From Octopus sinensis (taxonomy: Eukaryota), in the NCBI RefSeq assembly GCF_006345805.1, contig NC_043000.1, positions 50,282,001 to 50,346,000 on the forward strand: a DNA stretch of 64,000 nucleotides, in the 5' to 3' direction. The notes beneath the pieces were generated by a model. It ran no database searches, was not told the DNA's origin, and saw only the letters and a list, made by a program, of their open reading frames with translations. This document shows, in pieces, positions 54,128-64,000 of this stretch. The first letter of the stretch is position 1. Each line of letters starts with the position of its first letter. Position numbers and translations under genes: made by a program.

Positions 54128-56039
54128 GTCCCTTCTATGTTTAGTCCCCTGTGGGCAATAAAGAAATAGATATGATTATGTCTCTTTTTATTTAGCTAAA
54201 AGTACAACTCTCAGACTAATTCAAATGTACAAATTAATATATCTTGTCTGTAACTGAACAATTGACACACTCTCACTAGTCTTGTAATTAATGTACTGTA
54301 GCAATCTGGACCACTGTAAGGTTATCTTCTTAATTATTGCAATCTACCTACCTATCTATCTATTTACGTGCACATGTGTGTGTGACATTTTACGACGTAA
54401 AAAATTTACGATTATTGCTATTTAATTCTGAATACTTTGTTAATATCTGGTTAAAGGTTAGATTCGAAAATAGATATTTCTATTGTTTTCTCAGTTTTAA
54501 GTTGAGGTTCTGTGATATATGAAATCATGTCATCTATTGTCCTTGATTTTTCAAGAAAAGCAGACGACTATTCCCCAGCGTCACAGAACCACGTCTTATA
54601 TAATACAATCCTTTCTACTATAGGCAAAAAGTCCTGAAATTTTGCGGGAGGGTAGTACTCGATATTATATCGTCCCCAGTACTTATTTTATCGTCAGCTT
54701 CGATGGAATTTGCTGTTAATATAAAATAATATTGATGAGTATACTCCAATGCTTTCAATAAAAATAATAAAAGCGGCAAACCGGCAGCATGGTTAGAGCG
54801 CCGGGTCAAAATGTTTTGCAGTATTTTTTTCATTTGGAATTCAAATCCCGCTTAAGCTGGTAAAATTATGCAGTCATCAATTGTATCGATAACCCACTTC
54901 CCTAAAATATGCTGGCCTTCTTCTTTAATCAGAAACTATTGTAGAATATACAAAGGTCATAGTTTGGTAGAATAATTAGGGCATCTAAGAAATTTCTTCG
55001 GCTATTTGTAATTTTTTTTTCATTCTGAATTTAAATCCCAACGAAACAGTTTTCATTTCATTATTTCGGAATCTATAATATTGACTATCCCCCAGGCATT
55101 TTAATCTGCTGGCATTGTGCCTTAATCAGAAACAGTTATAGAATATACATTATTTATATTTTTCTCGAGTAGTTTGCATTTGAGCCGAACTTGTTAATAC
55201 ATAGGTACATACATGTATATATATATCTAATGTAGGATAAACATTTTTCGAAAAAATATTTTATCAAGGGCCAGCATATTAAAAAATACCTTTAAAGGTT
55301 AAATTTATAAATAACTTATAACTTCAGCTTTTCGCTTTTTTCTGTCCAAAAGGGTTTTTCAGCTGAACATGTTATTATTTGGAGCTTTACGTACTTCAAG
55401 ATCCAACGTTCCAAATAATAATTATCAGTTAATTTTAAGTTTTTGACATTGGTGTATCAAAATGGCGTTTAAGATATGTAATTTACCTCCGTTTCGTTGT
55501 TCTGAAATGTTTTCTGATTTAGGTGAGGGTAAGAAACTTAGTCGATACCATCAAATCTAGTTACTCGACTGGTACTTAATTTCATTGAAGACGAACTTAA
55601 CCTCGGCAGGTCTTTGAACTGGGAACATAAAGAGTCAGAAGAAATACTACAATATATTTTTTTTCTTATGTCCCGGTTGTTGTGAATTAATACTTTCTAC
55701 TGTGGGCACAAGACCTGAAATCTGAGGAAGGGGTATAATCGGTTACATCGACTCCAGTTCTCAAACGGTACTTGTTTTATTGACCCTGAAAGAATGAAAG
55801 GCAAACTCAACCTCTGCGGAATTTGAACACAGAGCACAAAGACGGACGAAATGCCGTAAAGCATTTTGCCCAGTGTGCTGACGATTCTGTCAGCTTGCCT
55901 TCCTTTGTTCTGAATTAATAACATGTAAATTGTTTTATATAGTTGCGGAACTCGATGCAGTTGCCTGACTCGCAAGAAACAGCTGCGATATTCGAATGAT
56001 TACTACACACACATATATATATAGTAATCCATCGACTAT

Positions 56040-56800
56040 CGCAGGTGTTATTATATAATAGTTCACAAATGAGATCCAATAGTCCTTAGTAGTTCTCGAA
56101 AGGGCAAGACTTACATTTGCACCCCACCAAAAACACCCCTTTAAAACACCCGTTTTCGGCTACGGAGAATACGAATCTGCGTTATAGTTTACGTCTGTTA
56201 GAGGAGGCGATTACAGATCCCAAATCAGGTTTGGTAGAGTAATTGTCTCTCCTTCCCTCTATGTGTATATGTGAGAGAGAGAGGGAGAGAAAAAGTGAGT
56301 CAAACTGGTTGGTGTTTAATTGTAGGTGAACCCTGATGTTGCAGGGATATAATGAAAGGTATAATTTTCATTATTTGCTTTTTATATTTCTCACTTATTT
56401 TTCTTGGACATGATGTACCTAAGATTACACCGACCATTTTCACATTTTATTGTGTGATTTAATGAAGATTTGGTTACTACCATTACTGGCAGGTCTAGTG
56501 AGGATTTAACACTCCCCCTCGTCAGTTATCAAACCCGACGTTTCGGGAACCAAAAATTGTTGCACAATTACTTGTTTTTGGTGACTCACTGATTAGTTTT
56601 ATTCCGTATTCAACCTAGTAATGCAATTTTCAAATATGACAGAAATAGTGAGAAGGAGAAAGAGCAATTCGTTGTTTCTTTTTCTTTTCTAGATTATTAT
56701 TTTGTTTTTGTCCACTAATGAGTGACACTATATGCTGTTAAGAGATGTTTGGAAAAGACAAAATTAAGTTAGGTGAGTGAAATAATTTTACTTCAAAATT
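56040..56800. promoter_or_regulatory. Possible promoter/first-exon region, perhaps bidirectional
   Basis: CpG is visibly more frequent than in the rest of the window. Consensus donors point outward: minus gtaagtc at 56114, plus gtgagt at 56295 and 56773. A GA-rich tract lies at 56270-56294. Confidence 0.35.
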
Positions 56801-59800
56801 TTAGCTATCGATTTGCCCTAGATCAGCTTTGATTGAGCAAACAGACCATTGATGAACAGTGTTCTAGCTATTATCGTCTGCCTTTCTCATATAGTTTATC
56901 TCCGACTTCATTATCCAAAATATTTTCACGATTTTTCTTTCAAGACGGTATCGTCTGTTTTGAAGATTTGTCTGTTATTTCGAGCTGGTCAATTGACTCC
57001 ACAAAGCAGTTTTGTGGAACAGTTTATGTTTTACCGGAGACTTGCCAGTAGATATTTGAGTGCTGAGAAAAATTCATATATATAGAACGGGAAACAATTC
57101 CAAATATTGAAAATTGAACGGGATGTGATTTCGTTAAATTATTGTCTTCGACTGACAGAGTTTAACATTTTTGGTACTCTATTTTTTACAATTAACATGC
57201 AGTTTATGGTCGTAAAAATGGACAGTAAAATTGTCCTGAAAAAGTGAAAGTAAATTGCGATAGAAACCAGAATTAGCGAGTGACATTCCAAAAACTCATA
57301 AAAAGAACAAAAGAGACTCCCTCATAGTGTCACTTCCACGAGCACCTATATATACCTACAAACACCTACATACGTGTTATATATGTAATAAAACATTCTC
57401 GCTGCTTAAAATATATATGTACCCTAGATGTATAGTACGTAACTTCTTTATTGTAGACATACCTACACAAATATGGCCCACTAGCTTTGTTTCATTGTTT
57501 TCATTATAACTTTCAGGAAATTGTTTAATGTAAAATTCTACAAATACCATTTAGACTGCGTAGTTCCCCATAATATCAGAATTTTTTTAACGATTATGTT
57601 GGAATTTAATGTGAAAAAAGTAATAATTAGTGGATGCGCATACATGCATACACACACACACCTAACTTTTTTTTAAAGTTTTAATTTTGTAGATATCTAG
57701 GTCGTATGTCAGTATGTATGTGTGCACGCCCACCATTTTTTTCTTTTTTTTTTTCACATAAATTTCCGATATAATCGGTTCCTACACCTTCTGAAAGATA
57801 TTTGTAAAAAAAAAAATGAAATTCATTAAAAAGTATTTATTTTTCTGAAAATTACGAGGAATGAAAGCCGACTCGTGAATATTATCCAAAACTCCTCTCC
57901 CCATCACTCTCAAAAAAGTTTTTCACAACAAATTCCGATTATATAATCGGAATGTACACCACCCGAAAAGTATTTGTTAGAAATTTTATTAAAAAATATC
58001 CAATTTTCAGAAAGTTATGAGGAAAAAATGTCTGTGGATATGTCGCTTGGGATATTTGTCTTGTATTTTTGGCCAGAACATGTTTTGCTAAAACTGTACG
58101 AGAGCCTCAAAATCATTTTGTAAGACTATTAATTCTTCAAAAAGGCTTGGATGCATCTTGGATAGAAATGGATTAATTGCCGACTTGGTTATTTTCAAAG
58201 TCTTTAAATCTTCTCATTCTTTCTGTGCACTGATATACAAGTGCTTTTTACATGGCACTGGCACAGGACTCTTGAAGACCAATCCTCTTTACTAGGGAGG
58301 GTTACATTAATCTATTAATTTCATACAAAATATTAGGTTAAATGTGAGATGGACTTTAAGAATTGACACAGAAATTGGAAGATTATTTGGCAATTAACAA
58401 AAATACTTGGAAATAGATAATCATAATTCTTTTATTTTTATTCTTTAAAACTTACTGAAAATTTACTGTACAAAGAAAGGTGTTGACCTGGCAGAAGCTC
58501 TACCTTGCCAGGCAAAATGCTTAGCAGCATTTTACCTATCTTTACATTCTGAGTTCAAATTGTGCCAATCTCGACTTTGGTTTTCTTCCTTTTGGAGTCG
58601 ATAAAACAAGTGCTAGTTCAACATTAGGGTTGATATAATCGACTTACCCTGTCCCCTTAAATTCCTGGCTTTTTGCCAAAATTTGAAACCAGTTTACTGT
58701 ACTAAAGACCTCCCTCCACTACTGAGCGTCTCAAAATTCTTTCTCACCTTTGTCTATTGCTCCCTTCCTATCCCACACACCTGTTTTTACTTGCTCTTTA
58801 TAATGTTGGATAACCCTTGACCTACCTACACAACCAGCTGAATCATCTTTTTAACTCTATCCCTCCCTTTTTCTCAACCCTATCACTAACCCTATCTCTC
58901 TCCCATGTTCCTTGCCATATTTGCCTAGCCTCTTCTTACCATTCCCTATTCCTTCTCGAAGGATTATTTTGCAGTCGCTTCTGTTCTTCATCAGCTGTAT
59001 AGGTCATTTTAAGGCCTTAGCCTTACAAGCTACAAGGAATTCCTTAGTGCCGGTGCAACAGTAAAAGTACCCAGAACACTATGCACAGTGATTGAGGTTA
59101 GGAAGGCCATCCGACCATAGAAGCCATACTAATGTAAACGTTGGTGGATGATGCAGTCTTCTGATTCATTAGATCCTGTCAGTGTCCAACCCATGAAAAC
59201 TGGACATTAAATGAGGATGATGATGATGATAGCAGCGGCAGTGATGATGATGACATTACTCATTGATGTATGTGAAGGCATGATTGAAAAAACCCAGAAA
59301 AATTAGGTATTTGTTAATCAGACTACAATAAAGAACTACAGTTATTGAACCAAAGTATTCAATCGAAGAATTTATACTTTCTACTTCTCAATTCTTGAGG
59401 CCTACCAATTATGGTATCAATTTTACAATGAGGTTCATACTTGCTTTATACTATTACGAAATAATTAGTCTCTGATCAATCATTTTAATCTTCTTGAAAA
59501 AGATTATTTACTTTTATCAGGCTGCATATTAAAATAATTTATTACCTACTAATTTAGTTTATGAAAGTAAAACCAAAATAAAATAGTCACTGGTCAAACA
59601 AATTTGAATATTTTTTTATAATATTTAATTAGTTCTTTCACTGAAAATTTCATCAGAAAGTTCATTACAGAAATATTGAAAATAGCATGTCATTTTCATA
59701 TTGTCAAACTGTGACTGGTATCACTCTGTTTGGTAGCTCCTGAAGACATTTTCATTTTTGTTTTTAGATACTGTCTGGTACTTCCTTGTTTGTTGTCATT

Positions 59801-62483
59801 GGAGATATTTTTTGGTGCAATTAAGAATTTTTCTTTTGCATTTTGTCCTTGTTATTTGCTTTTGTGTTGTTGTTGTTGTTTAAGATGGAAGCTACAACAA
59901 CAAAAATATTCCTAGCAATCTAATGCTTTCATATGCTCTAAGCTTAAACAATAATAGAAAAATAATTTGATAACACAAATTAACAACAACTGCCCAAAAA
60001 ATAATTCTTAATTGCTTTAAAATGTATCCCCAATGACAAAGCAAACTGGCTGCTTCACAGTGTCTAGAGCAAAATTCTTCTGTGGTTGCCGAGCCAAATA
60101 TTATGATCAGTTACAGTTTAACAAAGTAAAAGTGCCACATTGTTATCAAAGATTGCCTGTGTGATAGCTAAATCATTATTATGAGTAAATTATCTCACTT
60201 TCCAAATAGATTCCAGTGCCCACTAATGTTTATCACCCTGTCAGTGTCCAAAATATTATCAGAATGGAGGCTTTGATACAGCTGGTCTATGATCAAACAC
60301 ATTCTAGCCATGACCACTCCATCTTTTCAGATAGATTATTTCTGACTACAACAATATGGCTGTTCGACATTACTACCATTTAACCCTGGGCAGAGCCTCT
60401 ACCAGCTGGTTATCGGGGCAATCTGCACCTGTTATATATTGCAAAAAGGAGGAGTGAACCCCTACCATCTTCTAGCAGATAACAGGATCATCATACTGAA
60501 CAGTTTCAGGCTATTTGTGTTAATAGTAGTAATGTTGAATAACCATATTGATGTGGCAGTACATATTACTTTTCAGTATAGTTACTACTTTCATCTCTTA
60601 CTGAGATTTTACTAACTAGCTATTTTGCTCATTTCCGATTACATTATTCAGTTATGCTTTTTTTACTTCTTTTTATTATTATGGCAGAATGTATGGTGGT
60701 GAGCTGGCAGAATTGTTAGTATGCTAGATGAAATGCTTATTGGTATTTTGCTACGTTCTGTGTTCAAATTCTGTTGATGTTCACTTTGCCTCTCATCCTT
60801 TCGGGGTCAATAAATTAAGTACCAGTAAAACACTGGGGTCAATGTAATCGACTAGTCCCCTAGCTAGCTTCACAAGTCCATGAGAATGTGAATACCTATT
60901 ATGAGTGTTCTCGTCCTACCTAATATTCTTTTAGTCTAATGTAATCCGTTCCATTTTACTTCTCTCTATAAAATTCAATTTAGTCAATAGTTGATGTCAG
61001 ATTATTGTATTTCTTAATAGAGTATGGCAGAACAAGATTTGGTGAAAAGTATCACTTCGTTGTCTTATTGGCAAAGTAAACTTAGATTTCTCTCTACCAA
61101 ATAAAGAGTTTGTTAAAATGGTATCTAATAGTTCAAGGCAGCGAAAATAAATGCAGCACTGATTAGATTAGTTTAGTCTGTTTGACATGCTTTTAAATCT
61201 CTTAATAATGTGATGCTAAATATACTGAAGTTGAAATGTTGCTGTTAAATAACAAGGTACGCTAGTATTTAAGACTGCAGGCATCTTTTACTCTGTGCTG
61301 TACTTTGTTGTTTTGAGTATTTTTCCATTGAGACTGTAGTTGTTTAGCCACAGGTCACCCTTCACTGGACAGATGTTTCATCAATCTCTCCTTTTTATTG
61401 GGCATTGTATATCTAGGACTGTGTTATCCACTGTGTCTACCTTTTTTCATGAAAGTAAGGCATAATCAGAGGGAGATATCAATGCTACTTGGGCTGAATG
61501 AAGCAGAGATTCCCTTTATGGCTTATTCCAGTTAACATTGTTGTCATTTACTAATTTCTACAGAGTAGACCTTTGATCAAAGGCATTCCAGCTATGACAA
61601 TCAAGTTTTTTATTTTATTTTATTTTATTTTTTAAAAAAATGTTTTTACTGACAGTTTTTGTCTAGGATTGCATGATCCAAATGTAATTCGCTTTTCTCA
61701 ATAAAATAATGTGATTGAAAGTAAATTTAACTGCATTTTCTTGCTGGTTAGGTGACCACATAGAGGCTACTCACTGCTAGTAACATTATCTGTATATCTT
61801 ATCTGAGAGGCAATAAAATAAAGTAACTGTATCACTTCTTTTCAAAAGAAGGGAACAGAAATCAGTATATTGAAACAGATGCATACTTTACCCATGGATA
61901 AGATCTGTCATTTTATGAAGGGAAGGTTGAGAGTTGGCAAAATCATTAGCATCCCGGACAAAATGCTTAGTGGCATTTCATCTATCTTTACATTAAAAGT
62001 TCAAATTCTGCTGAGGTTGACTTTGCATTTCATCCTTTCGAGATTGATGAAAAGATGAACCACTTGTGCACTGGAGTCAATGAAATTGACCTGATCCCTC
62101 CTTCCAAAATTTCAGGCCTTGTGCTTATAATAGAAAGGATTATTTCATGAGAGGATATTTTAATACTTTCTTGGAATACTTTTGAAAGAGACCTGTTTCA
62201 AATAGTTTCTAGCAATATTGCTTTTTATTACATTATTACTATTGTCACCACTGCAACACTACCACTACTTCCATTACCATTATTATTCTCAGTTCTTTGT
62301 CATCTTAATTAAAATTGTCTTGTTTGTAATTGTCTGTAAATTCAGATGAGGTAACATACAAAAATAAGTTGGAAGTAATGTTTCAATGGAAATATCAAGA
62401 ATAAATTTATTTCTATGATTTTCCAACATTATAGATATCGTAAGCAGCAATTTGAAACAGAAAAGAGAAACTAATTCAATGTT

Positions 62484-62575
62484 GGGACATTAAGGAACCA
62501 ACACAGTGTCGGGACACTAAGGAACCAAATGGGACACTAAGGAACCAACCCAATGATGGGACAGTAAAGAACTAA
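62484..62575. repeat. Minisatellite: four copies of gggacactaaggaaccaa with 9, 2 and 9-nt spacers
   Basis: Copies start at 62484, 62511, 62531 and 62558. Confidence 0.85.
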
Positions 62576-63185
62576 AGTTCAGCAGCCAACCATGTTACCC
62601 TGATTAGAAAAAAAATTGAATAATTGAATATTTTGAAGAAAAATAGAAATTTTTGATGAAGATTACTGAAAAATATTGGATTATGCAAATTCATAATTAT
62701 GTAAAAATAATTTTTTTTGACATTTTTCTCTTTCAACATTGTCACTACCATCACCATCACCATTCTCATAATCCTCTCTGTTATCATTATTCAGCTGCAA
62801 TAGCAGGTGGCTGCACTCTTCAAACTAGTTGCAGTATTCATAATCAATTGTGGTCCTGTGATTGGATGATTAGTTCTAGCTATTAACATATTTGAATCCT
62901 TAAATGGAATATAAACTCAGAATACGAAGTACCAGAACACACTTGTAAGACATCCTAAAATTCCCACAATCTGCTACTATGATTTGGTCTTTTATTTATC
63001 ATCACTGAAAAAATGAAAGTTGACTTCAGCAGGATTTGAATTTCGGCCCAGACAGACAGTCAGATCTAATACTGCAAGGGGCATTCTGTTTGATGTTCGA
63101 ACAACTCTGTTAATTCACTGCCTGCTAATGAAACTCATGTAGCACTTTATAAAGTACCATGTTGGAATTTATACATTAGTGTTAC

Positions 63186-63270
63186 TTTGTTCTATAGAAG
63201 ATGAAACAAATTGTTTTAGCTTTTGGACTTCATAATAAATTAGCTTACAATGATTGTCTGTGTAATCTAA
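63186..63270 (-). CDS. Candidate exon (LDYTDNHCKLIYYEVQKLKQFVSSSIEQ)
   Basis: Strong acceptor catttctcattttctgcag with phase 0 open. The donor is uncertain (gtaaca at 63185 or gtaagc at 63248). Confidence 0.35.
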
Positions 63271-63729
63271 CTGCAGAAAATGAGAAATGAGCCTTGTTGA
63301 CCCTCTAGTAGACCAGAACAATGATATAACAAGAAAACAATAGGCTTTGGGACCTTTTTTTCTCATTGTTGTCTACTGTGCACATCATCTGGGTACTGAC
63401 TTATTAGAGAATGAATAGTGTGTCGTCATCATCTTAACACCTACTTTTCCATGTTTGCATGAATCAAATGGACTTTATTGAGGCAGATTTTCTATGGTCA
63501 AATACCTTTCTTGTTGTTAACTCTCACCTGTTTCCAAATATGAAGAGCATTTTATGGAGAAAAGAATTACATACAGGGAGAGCATTACCAGTGATAAAGC
63601 CATTGCTGATGTATATGTCCAAAAGGACACACTTCTGCATCATCAATGATGTTCTCACTGGTAATGCTTTCCCTGTAAATTTGAAAAATGTAATTCTTTT
63701 TACCCAAATAAATTGCACTTCATATTCAA

Positions 63730-63811
63730 GGTTCTGATGAAGCTATTGGATCTTATCCTACCAATTAAACTAAGAGTCTAGTCGGTCTTAGAGAAGAAAC
63801 AGCTGTAAGCT
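63730..63811 (+). ncRNA. Hammerhead-like motif with an enlarged, branched stem II
   Basis: GGUU-CUGAUGA-A-GCU-[AUUGG/CCAAU hairpin]-[CUAAGA/UCUUAG hairpin]-AGAA-GAAAC-AGCU-GUA-AGCU. The closing pair of stem II is mismatched. Confidence 0.4.
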
Positions 63812-64000
63812 AATGAAGTTCATAGCATAACCTTTGTTTTTCCTGCCTTATCTCTTATTTGTATATATATGTGTGTGTGTGTGTCTATCTATCTATCTAT
63901 CTGTGTGTGTATGTATGTATATATATATATATATATATATAAATTATTGTTGATCAAGGCTATAGTAGAAAAAACTTGCCCAAGATTATAGTGGAGATCC

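Noticed and set aside
62484-62575. CRISPR-like repeat-spacer look
   Set aside because: The context is eukaryotic, repeats are 18 nt with 2-9-nt spacers, and there are no cas genes.

Overview
An AT-rich animal genomic window dense in (TA)n, (CA)n and trinucleotide microsatellites. Its SINE families resemble those I know from octopus genomes; that assignment is inference. Most of it is intronic or intergenic: several tRNA-derived SINE families, RTE-tailed non-autonomous elements, MITEs with clear target-site duplications (TSDs), and an eroded CR1/Jockey-like LINE. Nearly all ORFs in the supplied track are microsatellite artefacts. A few short splice-bounded exons are supportable. The best set is a phase-consistent chain of four minus-strand exons (6507 to 1107) from a gene I cannot name. 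A CpG-richer, promoter-like zone lies near 53.4-58 kb. The most notable signal is about a dozen minimal type-I hammerhead-ribozyme-like motifs from several unrelated sequence families. Several sit as outward-facing pairs in the arms of long fold-back elements, consistent with Penelope-like (PLE) or retrozyme-type non-autonomous retroelements. No rRNA, true tRNA gene or CRISPR array was seen.
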